Assembly: GCF_004010195.1 (NCBI RefSeq) | Contig: NC_057715.1 | Location: 120,447,673 to 120,511,672, forward strand | DNA: 64,000 nt | DNA from: Chiloscyllium plagiosum | Lineage: Eukaryota | Reading direction: 5' to 3' | Shown here: piece after piece, positions 25,542 through 38,907 of the stretch | Layout: every line of letters starts with the position of its first letter | Numbering within the stretch: position 1 is the stretch's first letter | Notes under the pieces: generated by a model | What the model saw: only the letters and a program-made list of their open reading frames with translations | The model's database searches: none | Told to the model about the DNA's origin: nothing | Translations under genes and position numbers: made by a program

Positions 25542-26048
25542 ATGGTGGCTCAGTGGTTAGCACTGGTGCTGTGAAGCACCAGTGTTCCAGAATCGATTCC
25601 AGCATCAGGTGACTGTCTGTTTGCACATTCTCCCTATGTCTGTGTGGGTTTCATCCGGGTGCTCCGGTTTCCTCCCACAGTCCAAAGATGTGCAGGTCAG
25701 GCGAATTGGCCATGTTAAATTGCCCATAGGTATGTTAGTAAGAGGAGAAAGTGAGGACTGCAAATGCTGGAGATCAGAGCTGAAAATGTGTTGCTGGAAA
25801 AGCGCAGCAGGTCAGGCAGCATCCAAGGAGCAGGAGAATCTACGTTTCGGGCATGAGCCCTTGGGCTCATGCCCAAAACGTCGATACTCCTGCTCCTTGG
25901 ATGCTGCCTGACCTGCTGCGCTTTTCCAGCAACACATTTTCAGCACGTTAGTAAGAGGGAAATGTGTCTGGAAGGGTTACTGTTTGGAGGGTTGGTGTGG
26001 ACTGGTTGGGCCGAAGGGCCTGTTTCCACACTGTAGGGAATCGAATCC
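25542..26048 (+). mobile_element. HE1-like SINE interrupted by a palindromic Penelope-derived insert
   Basis: SINE head at 25542 and tail at about 26010-26048; insert at 25746-25946. Confidence 0.85.
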
Positions 26049-26199
26049 AAACTGGAAGTTCTAAACTCTATGAATTATAGATCTCCATGGCGATCATACC
26101 ACAACTCTATTTAAAGAAGATTTGGACAAACCATTTGAACAGGAAACATGTAAATAGATACAAGGACTGGACAGAAGAAGGCTTTGTTCAAGATACCAT

Positions 26200-29100
26200 G
26201 TGGTATCTGGACCTCTACATGAAGGATGGGCTGTACGTGAATTAGAGGGTCATTCCTATCTTGGGTGGGAGGTTTGCTAGAGCTCTTTGGGAGGGTTTGA
26301 ACTAAATTGGCAGGGGAGCGGGAACTGGAGCTATGGATCAGATGGAGTTGGTAGTGAATAGCCAGATATAGCATGAAGAGAGCCTGTGAGGAGGGATAGG
26401 CACTTGATAGGGTAAAGTCAGTGTGATGGGTTGAAATGTGCCAATTTTGACGCATGAAGTATCAGAAATAAAGGTGATGAACTTAGACCATGGATCAGTA
26501 TTTGGAACTATGATGGTGTGGCCATTGTGGAGACTTGGATATCACAGGGACAGGAATGGTGGTTGTTGGATGTTCCAGGGTTTAGATGTTTCGAAAGGAT
26601 TGATGGAGGAGTGACATTGCTAATTAGGGAGAATATAACAGCTGCAGAAAGGGAGGTCATGGAGGAGGATTTGTCCATAGTCAGTATAGGTGGAGCAGTT
26701 TTTGTCAGGTCATAGAGTCATAGAGATGTCCAGCACCGAAACAGACAATTCGGTCCAACTCATCCATGCTGACCAGATATCCCGTCCCAATCGAGTCCCA
26801 CCTGCCAGCACCTAGCCCATATCCCTCAACCCTTCCTATTCATATACCTATTCAGATGCTTTTTAAATGTTGCAATTGTACCAGTCTCCACCACTTCCTC
26901 TGGCAGTTCATTCCATACACGTACCACCCACGGTGTGAAATGGTTGCCCCTTAGGTCTCTTTTATTAGCTTGCCCCTCTCACCCTAAACCTATGTCCTCT
27001 AGTTCTGGACTCCCACCACCCCAGGGAAAAGACTTTGTCAATTTACCCTATCCATGCTCCTCACGATTTTATAAACCTCTATAAGGTCACCCTCTCAGAC
27101 TCGGATGCTCCAGGGAAAACAGCCCCAGTCTATTCAACTTCTTCCCTGAAGCTCAAATCCTCTGACCCTGGCAACATCCTTGAAAATATTTTCTGAACCC
27201 TTTCAAGTTTCACAATATCTTTCTGATAGGAAGGAGACCAGAATTGCACGCAATATTCCAACGGTGGCCTAACCAATATCCTGTACAGCCGCAACATGAC
27301 CTCCCAACTCCTGTACTCAATACTCTGACCAATAAAGGAAAGCATACCTAACACTGCCTTCACTATCCTATCTACCTGCGACTCCACTTTCGAGGAGCTA
27401 TGAACCTGTACTCCAAGGTCTCTTTGTTCAGTGACACTCCCTAGGACCTCACCATTAAGTTTATAAGTCCGGCTAAGATTTGCTTTCCCAAAATGCAGCA
27501 CCTCGCATTTGTGTGTATTAAATTCCATCTGCCACTTCTCAGCCCATTGGCCCATCTGATCAAGATCTCATTGTAATCTGAGGTGACCTCTTCGCTGTCC
27601 ACTACACCTCCAATTTTGGTGTCATCTGCAAACATACTAAGTATACCTCTTATGCTCACATCCTATATATATATAATATTCTAATATGGCAAAAAGTGTG
27701 TTCAGGAAGGGTTCCTGATTCAGTATTTAGAAAGGCTGACTAGAGGGGAGGTCATTGGATTTGGTGCTTGGCAATGAACCAGGCCAGATGTCAGATCTCT
27801 TGGGACAGCATTTCGGTAATACTGATCACTACACCTTGACGTTTACTGTACTCCTGGAGAGGTATGGAAAAGTATCTAATAAAGGGTAGGGGAATTAGAA
27901 TATTTTTAGGCAGGAACTGGGTCACCTAAATTGGGAAAAAATGTTCTCTGGTAAATGTGACCAGAAAGGTGGAGGTTGTTTAGGAAGCACTTGCTGATAG
28001 TGCTAGACAGGTTTGTCCTACTGAGGAGAAAGTGAGGTCTGCAGATGCTGGAGATTAGAGATGAAAATGTGTTGCTGGAAAAGCGCAGCAGGTCAGTCAG
28101 CATCTAGGGAACAGGAGAATCGACGTTTCGGGCATTAGCCCTTCTTCAGGAAAGAAGGACATCTGCAAACATACTAAGTATACCTCTTATGCTCACATCC
28201 TATATATATATTCTAATATGGCAAAAAGTGTGTTCAGGAAGGGTTCCTGATTCAGTATTTAGAAAGGCTGACTAGAGGGGAGGTCATTGGCTAATGCCCT
28301 TGTCCTACTGAGGCAAGGAAGGGATGGTAGATTGAAGGAACCTTTGGCGACAAGGGATGTTACTTAAGGTTAAGGAGGCAAGGATCAGATAGGGCTTTAG
28401 AGGGTTACAAGGTAGCCATGAAGGAACTGAAGAATGGACTTAGGAGGGTGAGAAGGAGGCATGAAAAAGTTTTAGCAGGTAGGATTAAGGAAAACCCTAA
28501 GGCATTCCACACTTGCGTGAGGAACAAGAGAATAGCCAGAGTGAGGGTAGGGCTGATCAGGGATAATGGAGGGAATTTGCCTGGAGTTGGAGGAGGTAGG
28601 AGAGGTCCTTATTGAATACTTTGCTTTGGTATTCACTACTGAGAGGGACTTTGATGTTTCTGAGGACAGTGTGAAACAGGCTGTTATGCTTGAACAGGTT
28701 GATGTTAAGAAGGATGTGGTGGGCTGTTGTAGGATGCAATGGGATACTGACAGGATGCAGAACTGGGCTGATAAGTGGCAGATGGAGTTCAACCTGGAGA
28801 AGTGTGAAGTGATTCACTTTGGGAGGTCGAATTTGAATGCTGAATACAGGGTTAAAGGCAGGATTCTTGACAGTGTGGAGGAACAGAAGGATCTTGGGGC
28901 CCATGTCCATAGATCCCTCAGAGTTATCACCCAAGTTGATAGGATTGTCAAGAAGGTATATGATGTGTTGGCTTTCATTAGAAGGGGGATTGCGTTTTAA
29001 GAGCCATGAGGTTCTGCTGCAGCTCTATAGAGCCCTGGTTAGACCAAGCTTGTAATATTGTATTTGGTTCTGATCACCTCATTATGGAAGGATGTAGAAG

Positions 29101-29545
29101 CTTTAGAGAGGGTGCAGAGGAAATATCCAAGATGCTGCCACGATTGGAGGGCAGGTCTTACGAAGAAAGGTTGAGGGAGTCTAGGACTTTTCTCATTGGA
29201 GCGAAGAAGGATGAGGGATGACTTAAGAGGTGTACAAGATGATGAGGCATGGATAGACTGGATAGCCAGAGACGTTTTCTCAGGACGGAAATGCGTATCA
29301 TGGAGGGGGACATACTTTTAAGGTGATTGGAGGTAGGTTATGGGGAGATGTCAGAGGTAGGTTCTTTACACAGCGGTGAGTGAGTGAAATGCAGTGGTAG
29401 TAGAGTCAGATACATTCGGGACATTCAAGCGACTCTTGGATAGGCGCATGGAAGATAGTACAATGAAGGGTACGTGGGTTAGTGTGATCTTAGAGAAGGA
29501 TAAAAGGTCATCACAACATCGAGGGCTATGGGGTCTGTACTATTA
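26200..29545 (+). mobile_element. Decayed, internally deleted CR1 LINE interrupted by a minus-strand CR1 and a Penelope-derived insert
   Basis: Esterase and endonuclease remnants at 26200-26700; continuation from about 27690; KENPKAF and WQMEFN motifs; tail at about 29520. Confidence 0.85.
26710..27662 (-). mobile_element. CR1 LINE 3' part, nested
   Basis: ORFs 27130..27555 and 27441..27659 (FADDTK, WQMEFN); (CATAGAGT)n tail at about 26710. Confidence 0.9.
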
Positions 29546-31574
29546 TGTTATACAGAAAAGCCAGCACTTGCATAGGTGAGGCTGGATTAAGTAGTCTTCT
29601 ATTAAATTATCTATGATTCTATTATCTTTAGGATTTGTGAGAGCTCTAGAGTGTCTTATTTTAAAATAAAGATTTGAGCTCACACTAAGATTTAAAGCTT
29701 CCCATTAATGAAGTAGCACTCCAGACACCAATCCAATCTGCATTATATGGACCTGTGAATGGTTGAGTGCCCAACATGCTAGTTGTGTCAATATACCAAG
29801 CAAACACCCATATCTGTTTATTTGCTGTAATCACAGGGCTACACCGGAATGACACAGACACCACTTCAGCTTACACCGGTCTCTCTTGGATCAAACATGT
29901 TTTCTTTTGTAGTTGAGTAATTTATTATGTTAGACTGAAGTGGTCCTTTGTGTGGTCAATCCACTATTTAAAATTAAAGCAAAAAAACAAAATATGTATT
30001 CATTAACATTTTTATCATATTGTACCATTTCATTCACCATTTTCCTTTCTCATTCTCTCCAACACATTCCAGGATTCAGCAAGGGGGTAAGAATACAGAA
30101 CATAATCTGACACACAGGATCTGGTGAAGCTAATTAAAAAGACCTGCACACTTCTGCCATTGCATCAAGAATTAATGACTCCTTTAATTAAAGCTATTGG
30201 TTTCTCTTTGTTCTCCCTGCCAGATGGAGAGGGCTGATACGAATTTGAATTCCTGGTCAGCAATTCACCCTCCCCTAGCTGAATAAGAAACAAGTTAGTC
30301 TTTGTGATTGTATTTGGCCAAATACCTTGGAACCTCTTTTGACCATGGGGGACATGAAAATGTTTTTACACAATGAGTTGTGAACTGGAAATGCATTACC
30401 TGAATGGACAGTGGAAGTAGACTCAGTGGGGACTTAAAAGGAAGTTGAACAAATAATTAAACCGATTTTTAAAAAAATCACAGCTGTATGAATGAGCAGA
30501 GGGTGAGTGTAATTGAATTGCTCTTTCAAAGAATTAGCAGAAGTACAATGGGCTAAATGGTTTCCTTTTGTACTGAGCCAGGGTGAAAAGGAATTTCCCA
30601 AATTCCTTCCTCAATTATTCTTAGAATCTTTTTGATGTTATGTTCCACCCCTCACTGTCAATCAGATTGCTATATGGGAGTTATGGCAAACCAGGTTAGG
30701 AGAGTTGTTTGTATCAAGCTTTACAGTGGAAGATACTTTTAACATTCCAGTAGTACTAAAGAATACAGGGGAGGAATTCAATGTCTTTTCACTGTCCACT
30801 GCACTTCCAATTTTGGTGTTATCTGCAGACATACTGACCATGTCTCCTGTATTCACATCCAAATAATTTTATATAAGTGACAAAAAACAGCCCTTGTGCT
30901 ATAGAGCAATATGGAGGACTTTGCTTCCCTACAGCTAATTTGAATGTTTGACATTAGCTCTGCTACAATATCCAACTTCAGCAGCAATACTCTTCTCTAT
31001 GGGGAACATATAGTTCTTCCTGTTGCTCATGTCTCTTATTCTCATTCTGTCTAGCATCTTTGTCTAATTTGGAAGCAGTCCATCTAAAGCTGAGAGGATT
31101 TCTAGTAGTTGATATGGATTCAGCACGTTCAAATTTAAGGTCAGATGACAGTAATGGACTGTTTCAGTTTGAATGATATGTAATTCTGTAAATTTACTGA
31201 AATATTTTTAAAATTGCATACAACACAACTTTACAGTGATGAACTTTATTAGGCATAACATATTTACATGATGCAAATTGTAAACCAGAGTCAGAACAAA
31301 TGATCAAACTGTTAATGAATGAACAGCATCTGCAACATTTTGCTTTTAACAGTTAATGTGTGTGTATAAAATAATTCTAATGCAAAATGTTTTGATCTGA
31401 TTCACAGTTAACTTCACAGATGGCAGTTAGTCAGCTCGGCACATTGAGGCTCAGTACAGTCATTTCTCACTCTTCCTTATGCCATTGTTGAGATGCCATT
31501 CCAAGGAGGATTTATTTGTAAAGTTTCTGTCTTTCGGTTCCTGAGCCATATGATATAATCAATGAAAAGTCATT

Positions 31575-31784
31575 TCATGCCATCCCACCGTTCATACTGT
31601 GCTCAGCAGACAAGGTTGTTTCAATTTGGAAAGAAAGAAAGTGACTTTTCTTGTGCTTTTTAGTTGTTGAGTTGGTGTTTCCTGGAAACACTTCCTCGCT
31701 GGCAATGAACCCAGTTCCTTTCCTGGCTTTCCTCTTTGCGTTCTTTTTTTCCCGTTTGTGAGCTGCAGCCATGTTAGCAATCAC
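31575..31784 (-). CDS. GIN2: GIN2-like exon 8, terminal (VIANMAAAHKREKKNAKRKARK...SMNGGMA*)
   Basis: TAG acceptor at 31785-31786, phase 0, stop at 31575-31577; basic NLS-like tract; minus-strand AATAAA at 31511-31516 and 31245-31250. The eight exons total 1212 nt, 403 aa plus stop. Confidence 0.8.
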   Translation of the reverse strand: MIANMAAAHKREKKNAKRKARKGTGFIASEEVFPGNTNSTTKKHKKSHFLSFQIETTLSAEHSMNGGMA

Positions 31785-32789
31785 CTAAAGAGGCAAACAC
31801 TTTCATTTTCCTCTTTTAAAACTTCTGACATCAACCTATCTCAAAGTCAGCTGTTAGATACCAATTTTTAACATTTTGCAGCAAATGTGAAAATAGGGTA
31901 CAGAACAATAAGTAGCTAACATCTAAGTTCATTAAATATTCTTCAAATACAGACCTTTTTTGTAAAATGTGCATAGATCAATTTGTTTTTTTCTGCATGG
32001 ATGGGGAACAGAGGGAGGAAGTGCATGAAATGGGAGTTTCAATCAATAAGATAACTCTTTCAACCTGTTTTAAAATCTTTAAACTAAAGCCATGAGGACA
32101 TTTGTGCATGTACAACGTGTTTGCCCTGAGAGGTGCTGTTTTTTACGTAGCCCCAAACCTTTCTTCTGTATCATTTCTTGTAGCCACATGAAGAGCTGCT
32201 GAAGCTGCTAATTCTCCACAAGAATAAGCAGCCAAATATTATGGGCATAAATATCAGAATTATATTGGTTACCATGCATGTTTACTAAAAATATAATAGC
32301 AATACATTTCTCTCCATTCTAATTTGAATTTTACTTTGAAAAGATGAGAAAGCTTTGATGATAAGTAAATCTACAGGTACATCTATAACAATGTTATATC
32401 GTCAGATTAACAAAATGGCTTTCCAAAAAATGTCTATTTTTGGCAGCTTTGTTTTAAATGTTAATTGCAATATGGTAATAGCATGACCCACACTTGATTA
32501 ACTATTTATGATTTTATTTCTACCTCAAACTAGAGAGAATTTAGAAAAAATATTTCCACAATGATATTTTGGTGTAATTCATATTTTAACTGTGTTTGTG
32601 TGAATGAAACTCAACTCATCTAGACATCCCTTGCTCACTAATGTTGTAAATGATCTTGACTGTTCCTTTGGTGCAGCAATCATCAAAATATTCAGGCTTA
32701 TTCCAGCATCCAGTCTTTATTAACTGATGCCAACAATCAAATGGAAACTAACTCTGCTTTTTTTGGCCTTACCAAGCTCTGTAACTTAC

Positions 32790-32906
32790 CATTTCTTTAA
32801 CTGCATTTTGCTGCTCACTCACAGAATTAGTAAACTCGTCTATGCTTTCTGTTTTGATGCCACAAGTTTCTGGTGACCTGTACTCATTAGCAATTTCAAG
32901 TTTTCC
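32790..32906 (-). CDS. GIN2: GIN2-like exon 7 (GKLEIANEYRSPETCGIKTESIDEFTNSVSEQQNAVKEM)
   Basis: 117 nt, open, strong TTTTTCAG acceptor and GTAAGT donor, phase 0 to 0. Confidence 0.8.
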
Positions 32907-33729
32907 CTGAAAACACATGAACATAAACATTTAAGGATATTTAACTTACATTTGGTGTGGTTCAAACTGCTTTCTTAAATCTACCAAAAATATATAATAT
33001 TTGATAGATAAAGTAAGCCCCTTTTACACATGTGGGCATCACTGGCTAGGTCAGTAGTTATTGCTCATGCTTAGTTGCCCCTTGAAAATGGGGGTGAGCT
33101 GCCTTCTTGGATGGCTGCAGCCCATATGTTGTAGGTAGACCCACAATGTCCTTAGGGAAGGAATTTCAGGACTTTATCCCAGTGACAGTGAAGGAACAGT
33201 GATATATTTCCAAGTCAGGATGGTGAGTGGCTTGGAGGGGAACTTGCAGAGGGTAGTGCTCCCATGTATCTGCTGTCCTTGACCTTCTAGATGAAAGTGG
33301 GCATAGGTTTGGAAGATGTTGTCTAAACAGCCTTGTTGAGTTACTGCAGTGCATCTTGTAGACTGATCATCCGTGGTGGAAAAAGCGAATGCTTGTGGAT
33401 CACGTGCCAGTTAAATCGGCTGCTTCATCCTGAATGGTGTTGACCTTATCAAGTATTGACTATGTCACACTTAGTCAAATGTAGCCTTCATATCAAAGGT
33501 GGTCACTTTCACCTCCCCTTTGGAATACAGCTCTTTTTTATTTACTTTTAACTTTCAATTTATGCTTATTAGCCCACTATCTCTTACTGAGAATTTACTA
33601 GAACTCTTTTTTTTTTAAAGGTTAGGATGACTGACAACCTTGAACATTTTCAGCTGATCAGAGTGAGCATGGATACATAAAGGTAAGTCAGGTATAGTGA
33701 ATCGGATTAAATATTTTCAAGAAGCAACC

Positions 33730-34500
33730 AAAGCACAGAAAGGGGAAATGTCTACAGATGTTAATTTATACTGACTTTCTGAAGGCATTTGATAAAGTTC
33801 TTCATAAAAGAATGTTGGCTAAAATAGAAGCTTGTCGAATTCAGGAAAGGTTATTGACCTGGTTAGGTTACTAGTTTAGTGGAAGTAGTCAGATCTGAGA
33901 TACTAGGAAGGACAACACAAGGATCTGTGTTGGGGACTCAACCGCTCACTGCATGTATCCACAACTTAGATGATAAAATAGAAACTTTAATTTTCAAGTT
34001 TGCTCAGGTAATACAGTAAGCATTGTAAGTGGAAGCATAAAATTACTCTGACCTTGCTGGTTTACAGAAGGGTGGAATGGTGATAAATGGATTTCAATGT
34101 AGAAAGGTATGATTCCATCTGCTTTGAATCTTAATCACATGTAACAGAGGAGGCCCAAATAGACTTGGGGATTCCAAATAAGATCTTTTGAAGTCTCAAA
34201 AGATGATACAGAAGGTAATCAAATATTTTAAGAAATTCTAGCCTTTATATCTAAAAGACTAGAATACAATGAGATGGGAGTCATATTTCAGCTGCACAGA
34301 CGCCTGGAGTTTTTGGGAGAAATAATAGGCAATGCACATTATGAAAGATATAACTGTCCTTGGAAGAAACAGTGCAGATTCACCAGAATACCTGGATCCA
34401 AAAGGTTAAAATTACCAGGAACAAACTGCATTCTCTGTAATTTAGAAAATTAAAGTGATTTTGATGGAGGTTTTCAATATAATAATGGGAACTGATAGAG
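33730..34500 (+). mobile_element. Highly decayed CR1 fragment
   Basis: Residual KAFDKV, QGSVLG and MDFNV-like DNA. Confidence 0.6.
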
Positions 34501-34877
34501 TTCTTTGAAATAATGGCTGTGGGATCTTTACTGTCCATTTGAAAAGGCAGGTCTTAGCCTTAGTTTAAGACATCATCCAAGACATAGCAGTTCTGACAGC
34601 ATAGCACAATGCAGTGCTAGACCATCCTTCACAAGATTGGGTCAAGGACTCATCCTTCTCACTGAAAGCTGCTCGAGCTTTTTGGAGTATTCCCAGCATT
34701 TTAAACTTTCATCTAGTCATGGCTTCGGTTTCTTGACAACATGAAGCTTCTGGTATTCATGGAAAGTTACCAGTCTTCACTTGGAGCAAGACCTTGCAAA
34801 GCAGAACAGCAAAAACCCCATCCTGGGGATGGTCTCCAAGCTCAGATTCTCCACATCCAGGTAACAATTTAAAACAT

Positions 34878-35108
34878 GCTGAAAATGTGTTGCTGGAAAA
34901 GCGCAGCAGGTCAGGCAGCATCCAAGAACCAGGGGAAACGACGTTTCAGGCATGAGCCCTTCTTCAGGAACTTTCCTCATTCCTGAAGGGCTTATGCCCG
35001 AAACGTCAATTCTCCTGTTCCTTGGATGCTGCCTGACCTGCTGCGCTTTTCCAGCAACACATTTTCAGCTCTGATCTCCAGCATCTGCAGACCTCACTTT
35101 TTCCTAAA
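34878..35108. mobile_element. Palindromic Penelope-derived short element in GIN2 intron 6
   Basis: Inverted arms; 12-bp TSD AATTTAAAACAT at 34866-34877 and 35109-35120. Confidence 0.85.
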
Positions 35109-35374
35109 AATTTAAAACATCCCTAATTTACTTTAGTGCGTTAACTGTTAGTGACATTAGTGTAACAAAAGAAAAATGCTGGAAACTCCCAGTAGGTTAG
35201 GCAGCACCTGCACACTGAAGATTGTCAACTTAATGCTTCAGATCAAAGATGTTTTGGCAGAATCCATTGCGGAGATTAGCAAAGAAATATCTTGTTGCAC
35301 CACATATAAGCAATTAATTAACAACCCATAGTGGATTCATAACAACTGGAGGCTAACAACAGTTTCAGTCCTAC

Positions 35375-35632
35375 CTCAGATAACAGCCGAGCTTCTCTAT
35401 TATAGAGTAGAAAGAAAGGTGTAAACTTAGTACTTGAATTTACTGATGTCCGAAACTCAAACAGGACAGGGTCCAAACAGTCATCCCATTCCGTCTGCTT
35501 GGAGTTTACTGTATTTCTAATTGCTGCTTTTAATATTTCATTGGTTCTGTCATCTAGTCCAGTGTGCTGAAAATGTTCAGCAGGAGTCACTTTGTGATTA
35601 ATGTTCCATCTTTCAAAAAGGTTTTTGCTGAC
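35375..35632 (-). CDS. GIN2: GIN2-like exon 6 (VSKNLFERWNINHKVTPAEHFQHTGLDDRTNEILK...WDDCLDPVLFEFRTSVNSSTKFTPFFLLYNREARLLSE)
   Basis: 258 nt, phase 0 to 0, TAG/GTAGG boundaries; aligns to HPQTNGLxERxN, WD and TxFTPFxLLY integrase motifs; overlaps ORF 35318..35590. Confidence 0.93.
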
Positions 35633-36759
35633 CTACGATAAGTAAATAAAGCAAATGTTTAGAATGTAAGGCTAGAGAAGAACTGATTCTAACCCAGCAC
35701 TATAAATATTTCAGACCAAAAAAATCATAAAATCCCTACAAGTGTGGAAGCAGGTCATTCAGCCCATTGAGTCCACGCCAACCCTCTGAACAGCATCTCA
35801 CTCAGGCTCATGTGTCTATACTATTGCTGAGTTCCTGCTGCTGTGAGGCAGCAGTGCTAATCACTGAGCCCACTGAGTGTTGTCCTAACGGGCCCAGAAT
35901 ATTTCAACATGAAAAGAACTGTTCCAATAAACATGTACAAAACTGCCTGATGAGAAACCAGAAAACAACTGATCAAATTAATGTTGTAATTTCAAATTCC
36001 TGATCTGTGGAATATACACAAGTGTCGAGGCAAGTTTCCACACGGGTACAGGGGTGGGGAGAAAGAATGTAACAAACTTGACATGCAGGGGACTCTTCCA
36101 ATTATGACGGTAAAGAAGATCTATTAGACATAGGAAGACAAGGAGCCCATTCAGCCCCTTGATCCTGTACAACCAGTGAATGAGATCACAGCTGATCTGT
36201 GACTTAACTCTATCTACCCATCTTTGCTCCATTTCTCTTAGCCCGTTTAAATAAAAACTGTATTTTACCAAAAACGATGATCAAACAAAATTCTGGGGAA
36301 ACTTGACTGTTTTGCAGCATCTATGAAGAGATAGTAGTTAATGTTTCACGTGTAATGTCCCTTTTTCAGAAGACCAGGTTGGACAGATTTCTGATGAACT
36401 AGTGAATTCAGGGTTATAAGGGGCAGACAGGAAAATAGAACTGAGGCCACGATCAGTTCATCCATGAGCTTACAAAATTGCAGAGAAGGTTCTGTTTCCT
36501 GATCCTGATTTTTCTGTTATGTTCAAACGGAACTTTATCCAGCTAGAAACCAGACCATGTCATCCATTGGAATTAAGAGCATAACAGTCACACTGACCAT
36601 CACATGGTTAGGGAAAGAGAGAAGGAAGAAGTCTACTTTGTTGAGCAACAAGTATGTTGACTGAAGGCATGATTTAACCTATCTTGACTTTCCAGTTTTA
36701 TTCCAGTGTCTATGTAAACACGCAGACAGAAACAACAACCATATGAAAGGACACATTAC

Positions 36760-36814
36760 CTCATCACAAAATACTCTGCTTTCATTGGAGAATATGTCTT
36801 TTGAAGCCCCAAAC
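36760..36814 (-). CDS. GIN2: GIN2-like exon 5 (FGASKDIFSNESRVFCDE)
   Basis: 55 nt, phase 2 to 0, CAG/GTAAT boundaries; aligns to the FGxPxxIxSDQGxEF motif with D replaced by N. Confidence 0.88.
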
Positions 36815-37976
36815 CTGTATCAAATAAATAACATTTCATGAAGCAAATAATTGCTCAATGTAGGGATGAAGAGATCAAATAGCACTGATGTTCAAGACAA
36901 GCTCGAGATTTAGAAGCAAGCTCAACAGAATGGAGACTTGCTTCTGCTGCTGCCATCAACTACCTCAAAACAGCCATGAGGGAGATGGCATAAATAAACA
37001 GTGTTCACTGTGTGAATGTTACCAATTTCTAAAAATGTTAAATAGAACATTGGAACAGCAAGCAAAACAAAATAAAGTATTTTTTAAGGTGCAATTTGAA
37101 AACTGATATAATGGAATAACTGGGAATAGCATAGGATGTAACCAGCAGGTGGTCCTTGCACACAGTCTGTTTTTGAGACTCCTTGAGATCCTGAAAATGG
37201 CCATGAAACCTGGGTGGCCCTATTCAATTGGTGCTGAGATGTCGACACACCACCTCATCCTATAAGTTTTAGAAGAAGAAACAGGAATACCTCCATTCAG
37301 CACCTTGAGCTCTCTGTCTGTCATTCAAGACAATCATAGCTGATCTACATCAACTCCATGCCCTGCCTGACCCCATATCTTCAATTCATTTAGTGTCCAG
37401 GAATCTATCCATTTCAATACAGACTATGTTCAAAAATGAAATGTCTACCTCAGCCTTCAGTAGAGAATTCCAATGATGCACAATCCACTTGAAGACATTG
37501 TGCCTAAACTCAATTCAACATAGCTGCCCCTCATTGGTGATCCTGCATTCCAGCCAGGGGAGGATGGGGGAAACAGGGTCTACCATATTTCAACCCTTCC
37601 TAAATGTTATGGATTTTGATGAAGTTACCCACCATTCTAAACAGTTGGGAACATCAACTCCATCTCCTCATTGAACAGCCCCATCACCCCTGTATTTCTT
37701 GGGGTCTGGAAGATTTCAAAAGAACTTCATGCCAAATCTGAATAAATCCTAAAATGAGAATTATAAGATCTGCATTTGCAGTTAGTGTTATGTGAAAAGC
37801 AGTGGGCCTTTATTCCCAACTCTGAAGGACACATCTCAGACTTTGCATCAAGAGTAAACTTTCACCCATCCCCAACTACAATGAGAAGTTTACCCACCTC
37901 AAGTAAAACAAATAACTTATGTTACATTGAGAACATAAGAAAAACCAGACAGATTAACATATTTTGAGGAAAATAC

Positions 37977-38115
37977 CTGTAAAAAGTGGCAGCCAACCCC
38001 TTGGCTACTGACAAAGCATCTTTCTTCTGTATTGGAATTGCTTCAACCCACTTTGTGAAATAGTCACTAACCATCAGTACATAGGTATTTCCGCAGGTGG
38101 TTTCTGGGAACGGAC
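37977..38115 (-). CDS. GIN2: GIN2-like exon 4 (GPFPETTCGNTYVLMVSDYFTKWVEAIPIQKKDALSVAKGLAATFYR)
   Basis: 139 nt, phase 1 to 2, CAG/GTATT boundaries; GPFP..GNxY...DYFTKWVEA integrase core motif. Confidence 0.93.
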
Positions 38116-38795
38116 CTGTGAGGACAGCGAGGCAGAATCATAAAATTGTTACAGTGCAGAAGGAGGCCATTCGGCCCATTGTGCCTGCACTAGCTCATTT
38201 AATGAGCATCATTACCTAGTGCCCATCTGCTTTCTCTCCATATCCCTGAATGCTATTTCTATCCAAACAGTTACCCAATACCACTTTCAATACCCAAATT
38301 GAACCTGTCTCTACCACATTTGCAAGCAGAACATTCCATGCCCTAACAACTTGCTATGCCAAGCCAAGTTTCTCCTAACTTCAGCCTTGCTTCTTTTTCA
38401 GATCACTTTAAATCTGTGCCCTCTACTTTTTGCTCCTTTTATGAGTGGAAACAGCTTCTTTCTATCTACTCTATTTAGCCTGTTCAAAACATTGAAAGCC
38501 TCTATCAAATAATCTCCTCTCAGCCACCTTCTCTCCAAGGAGAACAGTCCCAACTTCTTCCGGTCTATGGTCATCACCGAAGTTTGTCATCCCTGGAACC
38601 ATTTTGTTAAATGCACTCTCTCCAATGTGTTCACATTTTTCCTATAAGGTGACGCTCATAACTACATAATATTCTGGCTGAGGTCTAACAAGTGTCTCAT
38701 ACATGTTCAACATCACCTCTTGCTCTTGTACTCCATCAGTTTACTTACAGAAAACAAACATTAGGGAACAATTCACAACTGAAGAGCTGCCTCAC

Positions 38796-38907
38796 CAATG
38801 AGATTAAAGCTGAGAATTTCCCACGGTCTGGTAACTTTCAAGGGTGGGAATTTACGGTTCACGTTCTTGTAGTGTTCTGCATGCTGGCAGGTCTCACACA
38901 ATTTAAT
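38796..38907 (-). CDS. GIN2: GIN2-like exon 3 (IKLCETCQHAEHYKNVNRKFPPLKVTRPWEILSFNLI)
   Basis: 112 nt, phase 0 to 1, TAG/GTGAG boundaries; CxxCQ completes the HHCC finger; Asn sits at the first catalytic position. Confidence 0.92.
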
